Below are positions 1 to 10,069 of a stretch of DNA of 64,000 bases, piece after piece. How positions within the stretch are numbered: position 1 is the first letter of the stretch; each line of letters begins with the position of its first letter. The notes under the pieces were generated by a model. It made no database searches, was not told where the DNA came from, and saw only the letters and a program-made list of their open reading frames with translations. The position numbers were made by a program, and so were the translations under genes. This DNA is from Vicinamibacteria bacterium. Its GTDB lineage: Bacteria > Acidobacteriota > Vicinamibacteria > Marinacidobacterales > Marinacidobacteraceae. The stretch lies in the NCBI GenBank assembly GCA_963555995.3, contig OY821641.1, positions 1,184,001 to 1,248,000 of the forward strand, in the 5' to 3' direction.

Positions 1-323
1 ACGTGGGCGCCCGCCTGGCCCAGCTCAAGGGCCGCCTCGCGGATCTGTCCATGGTGAGCATGGACAACATTCCGGCGGACCGGGTATCGCTCGGCAGCCA
101 GGTCGCGGTCGTGGACCTCGACACCGACGAGGAGTTCCGCTACGAACTCGTGGTCAGCGAGGACGTGGACGCCGCGGCGGGCAAGGTATCCACCGGCTCC
201 CCGATCGGGAGGGCGCTCATGGGAGCCCGGGTGGGAGACGAGGTGAGCGTGCACACGCCGCTCGGCGAGCGCGAGTTCGAGATCCGCGAACTCCGCACGA
301 TTCACGACCGGGATTCCTCGTGA
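1..323 (+). CDS. greA: Transcription elongation factor GreA/GreB family, C-terminal part (5' truncated by window edge)
   Basis: VSLGSQV...YELV...GKVSTGSPIGRALMGARVGDEVSVHTP is the GreA/B C-terminal signature. Confidence 0.9.
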   Translation, partial: VGARLAQLKGRLADLSMVSMDNIPADRVSLGSQVAVVDLDTDEEFRYELVVSEDVDAAAGKVSTGSPIGRALMGARVGDEVSVHTPLGEREFEIRELRTIHDRDSS

Positions 324-1672
324 GAACCACAGGCAGGCCCCGCTCCGCCATCACGGCCATCGGGCTCGCCCTCGCGGTCGCGGGACCGCCCGCCGCCGCG
401 GCGGCCGCTCCGGACGTCCATCAGGTGGACGTGGTGGACATCATCCACTCGGTGTCCGCCCGCCGGGTGCTGACGACGATCTCGGCGGCGGAGGAGGCGG
501 GCGCCGGTCTCGTCCTGATCCGCCTCGATACTCCGGGAGGTCTCGACACCGCGATGCGGGAGATCATCGAGGCGATCCTGAACAGCGCGGTGCCGGTCGC
601 CGTCTTCGTGGGTCCCTCCGGTTCGCGGGCCGCCTCCGCCGGCTACCTGATCACCCTGGCGGCGGACGTCTCGGGGATGGCGCCGGGCACCAACATGGGT
701 GCGGCGACCCCCATCGCCGGGACGGGCGGCGAGATGCCCGAGACCCTGAGCCGGAAGGTCGAATCCGATGCCGCGGCCTACCTGAGGTCCATCGCCGAGC
801 GCCGGGGGCGCGACGTCGCCCTCGCCGAGCAGGGTGTCACCGAGGCGCGGAGCTGGACGGCCTCGGAAGCGCTCGACGCCGGCCTCGTTGACCTCATGGC
901 CGACGACACCGGGGAGTTCCTGGCGGCCGTCCACGGCCGGACCGTGACCCGGATTGACGGGACGGAGGTCACGCTCGATACCGCCGACGCGCTCATCGTC
1001 GAGACCGAGATGAGTTTCCGGGACCGGGCCCTTTCGGTGATCGCCAACCCGAACCTGGCGGTGCTGCTCGGGATGATCGGCCTGCTCGGGCTCTACCTCG
1101 AGTTCTCGAACCCCGGCCTCCTCATCCCGGGCATTCTCGGAGGCATCGCCCTCCTGCTCGCCGCCTTCGGCCTCAACTTCCTGCCGGTCAGCCTTCTCGG
1201 AGTGCTGCTCCTGCTCGCTGGAATCGGCCTCCTGACCGCCGAGGCGCTCACCCCGTCGTTCGGCATAATGGGGCTCTCGGGAGCGGCAGCACTGGTGATC
1301 GGCCTTCTTTTCTTCTTCGAGGAGCAATCCCTGCCCACGCCCGCGCTGACGTTGACTTGGGGACTCGTCGTTCCGTCCGTCCTGGTGTTCGTGGTCCTCG
1401 TGTTCTTCCTCGGTCAATTGGTGGTCCGCGCCCAGCGGCGTCCCGCGGTGACCGGGCGGGAAGGGATGATCGGCCTGGTGGCCACCGTGCGCAGTGACAT
1501 CCCGTCAGACGGCGAGGGCAAGGTGTTCGTCCACGGCGAGTTCTGGGACGCCGTCGCCGCGGCCCCGGTGAACGCGGGCGAGCGGGTCACGGTGCTGGCG
1601 GTGGAGGGGTTGATCCTCCGCGTCGGCCCGGCCTCCAAACAACCTCTTGTAAAGCAAGGAGCTGATTCATGA
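320..1672 (+). CDS. nfeD: NfeD family membrane-bound serine protease (ClpP-like domain + TM bundle + OB fold)
   Basis: [24 protein letters not shown] motifs; C-terminal [12 protein letters not shown]; followed by stomatin gene. Confidence 0.92.
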   Translation: MRTTGRPRSAITAIGLALAVAGPPAAAAAAPDVHQVDVVDIIHSVSARRVLTTISAAEEAGAGLVLIRLDTPGGLDTAMREIIEAILNSAVPVAVFVGPSGSRAASAGYLITLAADVSGMAPGTNMGAATPIAGTGGEMPETLSRKVESDAAAYLRSIAERRGRDVALAEQGVTEARSWTASEALDAGLVDLMADDTGEFLAAVHGRTVTRIDGTEVTLDTADALIVETEMSFRDRALSVIANPNLAVLLGMIGLLGLYLEFSNPGLLIPGILGGIALLLAAFGLNFLPVSLLGVLLLLAGIGLLTAEALTPSFGIMGLSGAAALVIGLLFFFEEQSLPTPALTLTWGLVVPSVLVFVVLVFFLGQLVVRAQRRPAVTGREGMIGLVATVRSDIPSDGEGKVFVHGEFWDAVAAAPVNAGERVTVLAVEGLILRVGPASKQPLVKQGADS

Positions 1673-2451
1673 CTTTCGGACTTCCCCTGGGAGCCCTGGT
1701 AGCCATCGCGTTCGCGGTGATCTTCGTTCTCAACTGGATCAAGATCCTGAACGAATACGAGCGCGGCGTGATCTTCCGGTTCGGCAAGCTGTTGCCGAGG
1801 CCCCGGGGTCCGGGCCTCGTGCTGGTCTTCGCGCCCATTGATCGGATGGTGCGGATCAGCCTGCGGCTCATCGCTTTCGACGTTCCGCCCCAGGACATCA
1901 TCACCCGCGACAACGTGTCGGTGAAGGTGAACGCGGTGGTGTTCTTCCGGGTGGTGGACCCGACCAAGGCGGTCATCGAGGTCGAGGACTTCCTGTACGC
2001 GACCTCGCAGCTTGCGCAGACCACGCTCCGCAGCGTCCTCGGTCAGGTGGACCTCGATGACCTGCTCTCGCAGCGCGACCAGTTGAACGTCCAGTTGCAG
2101 GGCATCCTCGACAAGAGCACCGATCCCTGGGGGATCAAGGTGGCCTCCGTCGAGGTCAAGCACGTGGACCTGCCGGGCGAAATGACCCGGGCGCTCGCGC
2201 GCCAGGCCGAGGCGGAACGCGAGAAGCGCGCCAAGGTCATCCACGCCGAGGGCGAGTTCCAGGCCTCCGCCCAGCTTGCCCGAGCCGCCGAAGTCGTGGG
2301 CACGCATCCGCTGGGCGCCCAGCTTCGTTACCTGCAGACGCTGACCGAGATCGCCACCGAGAAGAACTCGACCATCATCTTCCCCCTCCCGCTCGACCTG
2401 GTGAAGCCCTTCCTCGAGCTGCATTCGGGCAAGGACTCCTCGAAGGACTGA
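1669..2451 (+). CDS. SPFH/stomatin-like (slipin) protein
   Basis: [46 protein letters not shown]; ATGA overlap with nfeD. Confidence 0.95.
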   Translation: MTFGLPLGALVAIAFAVIFVLNWIKILNEYERGVIFRFGKLLPRPRGPGLVLVFAPIDRMVRISLRLIAFDVPPQDIITRDNVSVKVNAVVFFRVVDPTKAVIEVEDFLYATSQLAQTTLRSVLGQVDLDDLLSQRDQLNVQLQGILDKSTDPWGIKVASVEVKHVDLPGEMTRALARQAEAEREKRAKVIHAEGEFQASAQLARAAEVVGTHPLGAQLRYLQTLTEIATEKNSTIIFPLPLDLVKPFLELHSGKDSSKD

Positions 2452-2603
2452 CCGCCCCGACTCGAACGCGCGGCGGCCACCGACCCAATACCTTCAAGTA
2501 ACGCTTTAGAAATTCTCCGTAACTTCTGTTAGTGTCATAACAAAGGTGCGGGGAGACGCTGCGTACGGAGTGTCCTGACGCGCCATTCCGTCAGGAGGTT
2601 CCC

Positions 2604-3341
2604 ATGCACGGCCACCACGACAGCGACCACTACGACGTCCAGTTCACGACGCGGCAACTCGTCATGTTGTTCGGCCTGCTCATCGTGATCGTGGTGGGCG
2701 TCTTCGTCGGGGGAATCGTCATCGGACGCGGCATGGTTCCCGATGCAGCGGAAGCGATGATGGCCCGCCGCACGAGCCCGGTCCCGGCGCCCGCGCCGGC
2801 GAAAGCGGCCCCTCCCTCCGTTGCCGAGGCGCCCGCGGAAGACGCTCTCCGCCTGCCGATCCGCTCCGAGCCGCAGCCTGCCGCGAGGACCGCGTCCCGC
2901 ACGCCGGCTCCGCAGCGGACCGGGCGGGTCCCGTCCGCCCCGGCGGCCCGGCCCGCGGCTCCGGCCCCGGCGCGAGCGACTCCGGCGGCGCGGCGGCCGG
3001 CCCGCCCGGCCTCCACGAGTCCCGAACAGCTCGCGAACCGGACCCTCGCCGCCCCCGAATCTCGCGCCGCCCCGAGTACGGCGCCGGTCACGGCGGCCGA
3101 CCCGCCGAAGCCGGCCGCCACCGGGAAGTTCACCATTCAGGTTGCCGCCTTCCGCGACCGGGCGGCTGCCGAGCGGATGTTGGAGCAACTCGCGGCGCGG
3201 GGAATCGAGGGCTACCTGGAGGGCACTCCGGCCGGGATGTTCCGGGTGCGCGTCGGCCAGTTCGAGAGCCGGGAGGCGGCCCGGGCGCTGGCGGCGCGGC
3301 TCGAAAGCGAGCAATTCGCGACCCTGGTCACGAGCCGGTAG
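2604..3341 (+). CDS. SPOR domain protein (single TM, Pro/Ala-rich linker; DedD/FtsN-like)
   Basis: N-terminal TM helix, low-complexity linker, FTIQVAAFRD...FRVRVGQFESR SPOR motif; AGGAGG SD. Confidence 0.85.
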   Translation: MHGHHDSDHYDVQFTTRQLVMLFGLLIVIVVGVFVGGIVIGRGMVPDAAEAMMARRTSPVPAPAPAKAAPPSVAEAPAEDALRLPIRSEPQPAARTASRTPAPQRTGRVPSAPAARPAAPAPARATPAARRPARPASTSPEQLANRTLAAPESRAAPSTAPVTAADPPKPAATGKFTIQVAAFRDRAAAERMLEQLAARGIEGYLEGTPAGMFRVRVGQFESREAARALAARLESEQFATLVTSR

Positions 3342-3364
3342 GAATCTGCAACGCAGATTCCTCC

Positions 3365-3582
3365 GGAACGCCGGTCTCCAGACCGGCACGCGCGGCGCTC
3401 CGCGCCGCGCACGTCGCAACCCCACGCGGCAACCGCGCCCCCGATCCCGGCTCGGAGTCAAGAGTGGAGTTGGCGCGCCCGGCTTGGAACGCCGGTCTCC
3501 AGACCGGCACGCACGGTGCTCCGCACCGCGCACGTCGCAACCCCACGCGGCAACCGCGCCCCCGATCCCGGCTCGGAGTCAA
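3365..3582. repeat. Two tandem ~97-bp REP-containing units (3365-3461, 3486-3582; period 121)
   Basis: Both begin GGAACGCCGGTCTCCAGACCGGCAC and end GGCTCGGAGTCAA; few differences, including a compensatory pair in the second hairpin. Confidence 0.9.
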
Positions 3583-3688
3583 CAGTTCTTGGCGTTGCCC
3601 GACTTCCGTCCCTCGTAGCTCGCCAAGGCCATGCGTTTCCGGGACCGCGCACTAGAATTCGCGCCTTCCCACCGGCGGAAAACCACTC

Positions 3689-4844
3689 ATGAGTCAGGAA
3701 CTGCTCGACCGTTACCAGGATCTGTGCGGTCGCGCGGTCGTCGCCCGGGGGTTTCTTTGACCCGGATCGCCTGAGCGAGGAGATCACCCAGCTCGACGAG
3801 CGCCTGAGCGATCCGGCGGTGTGGTCGGCTTCGGGCGACGGCGAGGCGCTGTCCCGGCGCCGCGCGAGCGTGCTTGCCGAACTGGAGCGGAGCACCGCCT
3901 TCGAACGGTCGGTGGACGAGGTCGAGACGCTGGCCGAGTGGATCCGGGAAGGTGAAGACGTCGCCGACGACTTTCGCGAGCACCTCGACCGTCTGGAGAG
4001 CCAGCTCGACGAATTCGAACTCGGGCGGCTCTTCGCCGGCGAACACGACGCCGAGGACGCGATCGTGACCATCAATCCCGGAGCCGGCGGGACCGACGCC
4101 CAGGACTGGGCCGAGATGCTCCTGGGCATGTATATCCGCTGGGCCAGGGGCCGCGGGTTCGAGATCGAGCTCCTGGACCGCCAACCGGCGGAGGAAGCGG
4201 GCATCAAGGGCGCCACCTTCGAGGTCAAGGGCGATCACGCCTACGGCCGCCTCCGCGTCGAGTCGGGAGTCCACCGGCTGGTCCGGATGTCCCCCTTCGA
4301 CACCCAGCACCGCCGCCACACGTCCTTCGCCTCGGTAGCCGCCTTTCCCGACCTCGACGACCGGATCGAGATCGAGGTGGACGAGAACGACCTCCGCATT
4401 GACACCTTCCGGGCCAGCGGGAAGGGCGGCCAGCACGTGAACGTCACCGATTCCGCGGTCCGCATCACCCACCTGCCGACGGGGATCGTGGTCTCCTGCC
4501 AGAACGAGCGTTCCCAGCACCGCAACCGGGACAGCGCCATGAAGGTCCTGCGGGCGCGCCTCTACGACCGGGCGGTGCGCGAACGGAAGGCTCGGGAGGA
4601 AGCGGAGAAGGAGAGCCTGGGGGACAACACCTGGGGGAACCAGATCCGGTCCTATGTGTTCCAGCCCTACCGCATGGTGAAGGACCACCGCACGAACTTC
4701 CAGGTGGGGGACGTGGACCGGGTGATGAACGGCGACCTCGACGGCTTCATCAAGGCCGGCCTGACGCTCGCGGCCTCATCGACGTCGAGCGGTTCGGGAG
4801 CGGGGGCACGCGACGGTCCGGGTTCCCGTCGTCCAGGCTCGTAG
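3689..4844 (+). CDS. prfB: Peptide chain release factor 2, programmed +1 frameshift at CTT-TGA-C (3755-3761)
   Basis: ATG 3689 gives MSQELLDRYQDLCGRAVVARGFL then TGA; +1 frame DPDRLSEE... is in frame with ORF 3819-4844 carrying SPF and GGQ motifs; internal SD-like CGGGGG just upstream. Confidence 0.96.
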
Positions 4845-5198
4845 CGCCGGTCCCCCGCTCCCGAACCGCCCGGCGCTTCGCGCCGCAGCGCCGCAAGTGC
4901 GGCGCGAGCCGCACGCAGGCCCCGGAGCGGGAGGGGTTGGGGCCGGGGAACCCGGCTTCCAACCCCTCCTGGCTCGGGAATCGAAACTCCCTCGCGCGCT
5001 CGGGCGCGCTTCGGCGAGTTCCGATTTGTCGTTACTTTCTTGTGAAAGGGGGTAACCCCCGGGGTAACCCCCTTTCACGCATTCCCCCGAAACTGCGGGC
5101 AGCGAACGGAATTCGCTGCCGACAGCGTTCTTGGCTCGTTGGCGGTGCGCGGCAGTCCGATTTGCCCTGGATTCGCTCCGCGAACTTACAATCTCCCC

Positions 5199-6116
5199 AT
5201 GCGTACTTTCCCCGGTTCCGGTCCCCTGCTCGCCATCCTGCTGCTCACCGGAACCGCCTGTACGAGCGGTCCCCCGCCGTTCGACGAAGCCGCCTGGCTG
5301 GAAGGGGAGGAGGCGTACCGCCAGCGGGTCGAGGAAGAACTCACGGCGGACCGGAGCTGGTTGACGGTGGCCGACCTGCACTTCCTCACTGTCCGCGATC
5401 ACGTCGTCGGCAGCGGCGAGGACGCCGACCTGCGCCTGCCCGACCGGTTCCCCGAGGTGGCGGTGACGGTCTCCTGGACGGCGGAGGGCAAGGCGATCGC
5501 CCGCGTGGCCGAGGGAGTGACCGCCACCGTGGGAGGCGAGCCGTTCACCGAAGGCGAACTCGTGCTGGGCGAGGACGGCGCGCTCCACCTCGATGACCGC
5601 CTCTGGTTCTGGCTTCACTACAGCGGCGAGCGCCGGGCCCTCCGACTGCGCGACCTCGACAACCCGCTGCGCGCGAACTTCACCGGCCGGAAGTGGTTCC
5701 CGCTGGATTCCCGGTTCCGCGTGGCCGGCGCCTTCGAGCGCTTCGCCGAGCGGCGGCGCGTGGAGGCCATCAACATCCGCGGGGACATCGAGGAGTACGT
5801 CTCCGACGGCGAGTTCGTCTTCGACTGGGAAGGGCAGGAGGTCCGGATGCTGGCCTTCACCCGTGCGAACGGCAACCTGTTCTTCGTCATATCGGATGGC
5901 ACGAGCGGCGCGGAGACCTATCGTTCGGCGCGTTTCCTGACCGCGCCGCCCCCCGAGGACGGACGCGCCGTGGTGGACTTCAACCGCGCCGTGAATCCGC
6001 CCTGCGGCTTCAACGCCTTCACCACCTGTCCCACGCCCCCGCCGCAGAACCGGCTGCCCATCCGCGTCGAAGCCGGGGAACTGGCATACCACCCCGCCTT
6101 CGCGAACACCGACTGA
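5199..6116 (+). CDS. DUF1684 domain lipoprotein-like protein
   Basis: SWLTVADL, DGTSGAETYRSARFL, VDFNRAVNPPCGFNAFTTCPTPPPQNRLPIRVEAGE; lipobox-like GTAC. Confidence 0.85.
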   Translation: MRTFPGSGPLLAILLLTGTACTSGPPPFDEAAWLEGEEAYRQRVEEELTADRSWLTVADLHFLTVRDHVVGSGEDADLRLPDRFPEVAVTVSWTAEGKAIARVAEGVTATVGGEPFTEGELVLGEDGALHLDDRLWFWLHYSGERRALRLRDLDNPLRANFTGRKWFPLDSRFRVAGAFERFAERRRVEAINIRGDIEEYVSDGEFVFDWEGQEVRMLAFTRANGNLFFVISDGTSGAETYRSARFLTAPPPEDGRAVVDFNRAVNPPCGFNAFTTCPTPPPQNRLPIRVEAGELAYHPAFANTD

Positions 6117-6122
6117 CACCCC

Positions 6123-6527
6123 TTGGGCGTAGGCATCGCGGTGGCCCTCGACCGTGAGGTCGCCGGGGTCGCTCCCGAGGAGTTCGAGGGGTACGCCCTC
6201 AATCAGGCGCGCTGGGAACTCTCGGAGGCAGCGGAGGAGGCCGGCCTGCGGCCGCTCGACGAGTTCGTGAGCCTGAGTCCGGAAGAGTCCGAGATCCTTG
6301 CCGACGACCTCAACTTCGACTCGGACGTGGACGCGGCGACTCCGGCGGGATGGTTTGACCCGCGCGACGGACTTCGCCTGGTCCAGAGCCTGCTCGGGAC
6401 GGTCTCCCAGGACCCGGACGCCTTTCCGGGCGAGGACACGCTGGTCACCGAACTCACCGAACTGGAAGCGGTCCTGTCGGCGGCCGCCCGGGCGGGCGCG
6501 CGGTTCCGCTTGTCGGTGGCCTACTGA
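6123..6527 (+). CDS. Hypothetical acidic protein
   Basis: 134-aa ORF with protein-like composition directly after the DUF1684 gene; TTG start uncertain. Confidence 0.65.
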   Translation: MGVGIAVALDREVAGVAPEEFEGYALNQARWELSEAAEEAGLRPLDEFVSLSPEESEILADDLNFDSDVDAATPAGWFDPRDGLRLVQSLLGTVSQDPDAFPGEDTLVTELTELEAVLSAAARAGARFRLSVAY

Positions 6528-6548
6528 CCCCGTGGGTGCGTTTCCGGC

Positions 6549-7034
6549 TCAGGCGGTGCGGGCGCTGAACTTCGCCGTCAGCCAGGTGATGAGGCCGCCG
6601 AGGGTCATCGTCCAGATGCCGACCCAGAAGACGAGCTGCGCTACCACGCCGCCGGAAAACCACTGCGCCAGCGGGCTCATGCCGTCCATTTCCGGCGGAT
6701 AGGCGTCGTAGTGGGTGCCCCAGTCGCCGAGGGTGGCGAACAGCATGATGAGGATCACGGGAATCCGGGCGCCGAGCGCATAGACGAAATTCGTCCGGAT
6801 GGCGGATAGCAACGCCGTATCCCCGGCCTGGGCGAGCCGCCTGCCGAACCAGACCGCGAAGATGGGCGACAGCCAGACGATCCCGATGATGGCGCCGGCG
6901 CCCCCAGCCTCGCGGTTCACGAGGACGTCGGGCAGGCCGCCGAGGGCCCCGAGCAGGCGGAGCGCGGTGACCGCGAGGGTGATCAGGACCGGGGTGCGGA
7001 CGAGCGCCCAGGCGGAGGAAAAGGAAGTCGGCAT
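6549..7034 (-). CDS. Hypothetical membrane protein (about 4 TM, GDWGTHYD motif)
   Basis: C-terminal 161 aa of ORF 6549-8786; hydrophobic helices; the remainder of that ORF is antisense to the M28 gene. Confidence 0.75.
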   Translation of the reverse strand: MPTSFSSAWALVRTPVLITLAVTALRLLGALGGLPDVLVNREAGGAGAIIGIVWLSPIFAVWFGRRLAQAGDTALLSAIRTNFVYALGARIPVILIMLFATLGDWGTHYDAYPPEMDGMSPLAQWFSGGVVAQLVFWVGIWTMTLGGLITWLTAKFSARTA

Positions 7035-7151
7035 CGAAGGGGCTCCTGTTTCCGGAGCAACCTCCGGACCGAGTGGCATCCGCCAGGGTGGGCGGGTCTC
7101 GAAAAGAGACGGGATTCTGGCAGACTTTGTTCCCTCCCAAGGAGGAATTCG

Positions 7152-8759
7152 ATGCTTCGCTCGCTGACCCCGGTGGCCTCCGCCGCCGCTCTCGCGGCGG
7201 CCCTTGTGTTCGCCGGCTGCGGCGGCGCGCGGTTCGACGAGGACCGCCTCCTCGCGTACATCTCCACGCTGTCCTCGGACGAGTTCGGCGGACGGGCGCC
7301 GGCCTCTCCCGGCGAGGAAAAGACCGTCGCCTTCCTGACCGCCGGGTTCGAGGAACTCGGACTCGAACCCGGCAACCCGGACGGGACCTGGGTCCAGGCG
7401 GTGCCCCTCGTGGGGTCCACCGCGATCACCATGCAGGCTTCTTCGGACCCGGGCGGCGACTGGGAGCCCGCGGTGGACTTCGTCGCCTGGACGAAGCGGA
7501 TGGCGCCCGAGGTCAGCGCCTCCGGGCAACTGCTCTTCGTCGGCTACGGCGTCCAGGCGCCGGAATACCGGTGGGACGACTTCGGAGACACCGACCTCGC
7601 CGGCAAGATCCTGGTCGTGCTGGTGAACGACCCGCCGGGAGAGCACCACTTCGGCGGCGACGCGATGACCTACTACGGCCGCTGGACCTACAAGTTCGAG
7701 AAGGCCGCCGCGATGGGAGCGCTCGGAGCGCTGATCGTCCACGAGACCGGTCCGGCGGGATACCCGTGGGAAGTGGTGAGCGGGTCCTGGACGGGCGAGC
7801 AGTTCGACCTGCGGACGCCCGGCGGCAACCTGGACCGGCTGGAGATCGAGGGTTGGATATCCCGGGAGCGGGCGGTCTCGCTCTTCCGCGCCGCCGGGCT
7901 GGATTTCGAAGTGGCCCGCCGGGCGGCCGCCCACCCGGACTTCACGCCGATCCCCCTCGACGTCACCGCAAGCTTCGCGCTCGAGACCTCGCACCGCGAG
8001 ATCGCTTCCAACAACGTGGTGGCCCGGATTCCCGGGTCGGAAGCGCCGGGCGAGACGGTCATCTACACCGCGCACTGGGACCACCTCGGCACCGTGCTCG
8101 GGATGGAGGGCGACAACATCTACAACGGCGCCTTCGACAACGCCACCGGCACCACCGGCCTGCTGGCGCTGGCGCGGGCCTTCATGGCCGAGGGAGCGCC
8201 GCGCCGCAGCATCCTGTTCCTCGCGGTGACGGCGGAGGAGACCGGGCTGCTCGGTTCCCGTCACTACGCCCGGAACCCGCTCTATCCGTCGGCGGAGACG
8301 GTCGCGGCCATCAATATGGACGGCATGAACGTCTGGGGCCGCACCAACGACATCACCGTGGTCGGCCTCGGGCAGTCGGAACTGGATGACATTGCGGCGG
8401 CGGTCGCCGCCGAGAGCGGACGCGTTCTGACCCCGGACCCCGAACCGGAGAAGGGCTTCTACTACCGCTCCGACCACTTCGAGTTCGCGAAGGTCGGGAT
8501 TCCGGCGTTCTACCCGGACGGCGGGGTGGACTTCATCGGCAGGCCTCCCGGGTTCGGCATGGAGGCGCGGGCCACCTACGTCTCCGAGGCGTACCACAAG
8601 CCCGGGGACGAGGTGCAGGACTGGTACGACCTCTCGGGGATGGTGGACGACCTCGAGTTCCTCTACCAGATGGGCCGCCGTCTCGCCGACTCGGACATCT
8701 GGCCCGAGTGGAGCGAGACCAGCGAGTTCCGCGCGGCGCGGGAGGCCGACCGGCCCTAG
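7152..8759 (+). CDS. M28 family metallopeptidase with PA domain (lipoprotein)
   Basis: YTAHWDH, NGAFDNATG, AEETGLLGS, NMDG, RSDH, YHKPGD; lipobox FAGC; GGAGG SD. Confidence 0.92.
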   Translation: MLRSLTPVASAAALAAALVFAGCGGARFDEDRLLAYISTLSSDEFGGRAPASPGEEKTVAFLTAGFEELGLEPGNPDGTWVQAVPLVGSTAITMQASSDPGGDWEPAVDFVAWTKRMAPEVSASGQLLFVGYGVQAPEYRWDDFGDTDLAGKILVVLVNDPPGEHHFGGDAMTYYGRWTYKFEKAAAMGALGALIVHETGPAGYPWEVVSGSWTGEQFDLRTPGGNLDRLEIEGWISRERAVSLFRAAGLDFEVARRAAAHPDFTPIPLDVTASFALETSHREIASNNVVARIPGSEAPGETVIYTAHWDHLGTVLGMEGDNIYNGAFDNATGTTGLLALARAFMAEGAPRRSILFLAVTAEETGLLGSRHYARNPLYPSAETVAAINMDGMNVWGRTNDITVVGLGQSELDDIAAAVAAESGRVLTPDPEPEKGFYYRSDHFEFAKVGIPAFYPDGGVDFIGRPPGFGMEARATYVSEAYHKPGDEVQDWYDLSGMVDDLEFLYQMGRRLADSDIWPEWSETSEFRAAREADRP

Positions 8760-8939
8760 CAGCCTGTGGACAAAGTCACGAGGCATTCAAACGCCGATGC
8801 ATCCCGGCTGAACCACGCCTCTATGAGGCGCTCTGCGTTGCGTTTCGGTCGGAATACACCCGGTATTCCTCCCTCACGCGCCTTGTCAGCCGGGCGCCTC
8901 GGCGTTCTCGGTGCTCACGTCACTTTGTCCACAGGCTGC
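8759..8939. mobile_element. MITE (181 bp) with 18-bp perfect terminal inverted repeats
   Basis: GCAGCCTGTGGACAAAGT ... ACTTTGTCCACAGGCTGC, extended imperfect IR inside, no transposase ORF; CTAG/CCAG at the ends. Confidence 0.8.
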
Positions 8940-9045
8940 CAGGCCGCGCTACCGGCTTGGAACGCCGGCTTCAGCCGGCACCGCGGCGCGTAGCGCCGCG
9001 AAGCGCGTAACGCTCAATGGTTCGGGGCGTGCGGCACTGCTCTTC

Positions 9046-9762
9046 CTACGCCGCGCCCGTCCGTCTCCGCCACCAGTCCGTGACCAGGAACGGCGACAGG
9101 ACCACGAAGAACATCGCGAGGCCGACCACCGCCAGGATCGGCAGGTACCAGGGCCACGGCGCCGCGAAGAAGGGTGACACGGTGCCGGGTGGCGGCCCCG
9201 AGAGCCACATGAAGTTGGAGCCGAGCAACAGATTGGCTACGGCCACGAACGCGGCGAAGGCGGCCAGATAACCGAACGCCCGGAACATTCCACGGAGTGT
9301 CGGCCTCATGCCGAGGCCCCAGGTGGCGAAGAGCACCCCCGTCACGATGCCCGAATGGGCGACGAAGTACTGGAAGAAGCGGTACTGAGGGAAGTCCACC
9401 GCCAGCCCGCCCGGAGTGAGAACCGCGTTGGCCGCGCCGACCAGACCCCAGAAATAGACGATCTCGTAGGCCTTCCCGTTACGGCAACACAGCGTCCATG
9501 CCGTCAGCCACGTCGCGACGCCGCAAAGGTGAAGGGGCATGTGGTTGTGGATCCAGCCGTCCAGCCCGATCTGGCTGATCCGGATCGTCCAGTAGGTGAG
9601 CTCGTTCGCGAGCAGCATCCCGGCGAGGAGCCAGGCGATGACCTTCGGCGCCGCGCCGCCGAGCCGCCGGGCGATCGCCGCGAGCAGCGCCGGTAGCGCC
9701 AGGGTCAGCACCATCGCCACCAAGTGTGGCGTTCCGAACGTCTCGAAGCCATTGGCGTCCAT
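9046..9762 (-). CDS. TIGR02206/YwaF-like integral membrane protein
   Basis: FGTPHL, MPLHLC, YFWG, FFQYFVAH, GSNFMWL, PWPWY motifs. Confidence 0.85.
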   Translation of the reverse strand: MDANGFETFGTPHLVAMVLTLALPALLAAIARRLGGAAPKVIAWLLAGMLLANELTYWTIRISQIGLDGWIHNHMPLHLCGVATWLTAWTLCCRNGKAYEIVYFWGLVGAANAVLTPGGLAVDFPQYRFFQYFVAHSGIVTGVLFATWGLGMRPTLRGMFRAFGYLAAFAAFVAVANLLLGSNFMWLSGPPPGTVSPFFAAPWPWYLPILAVVGLAMFFVVLSPFLVTDWWRRRTGAA

Positions 9763-9980
9763 CACCGGGGCGCCGGCAACCGGAAGCGGCGACGGCGCAC
9801 GTCCTCCAGATCGCCGACCCAGCCCGATCCACGAAGACGCCGGGCCTCATCAAGGGGCAGGGGTTCGGCGGCGAGCAGGCGGAGCGCCAGGTTGACGGCT
9901 TCCCGTTTCGAAGTCAGCCGATAGCGGCGCATGACGGTGGCGCAGGCCTTGTCATCGATGTCCACGGTGGTGCGTGACAC
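9762..9980 (-). CDS. vapB: VapB-family antitoxin (orphan)
   Basis: MSRTTVDIDDKACATVMRRYRLTSKREAVNLALR...LRGSGWVGDL matches mycobacterial-type VapB pattern; no PIN toxin adjacent. Confidence 0.8.
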   Translation of the reverse strand: MSRTTVDIDDKACATVMRRYRLTSKREAVNLALRLLAAEPLPLDEARRLRGSGWVGDLEDVRRRRFRLPAPR

Positions 9981-10069
9981 ACACCTACCTTACGCCACGG
10001 CGGGCGCGCGCCAGCGACGGCGTGCAAACCGTCGCCGCCCGCGGTTATGCCTCCGGGGACGACCGTCTC

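Noticed and set aside
3365-3582. Possible CRISPR array
   Set aside because: Only two ~97-bp near-identical units of the dispersed REP family, no unique spacers, no cas genes
3689-3818. prfB as a truncated gene or pseudogene
   Set aside because: The stop is the canonical programmed frameshift site
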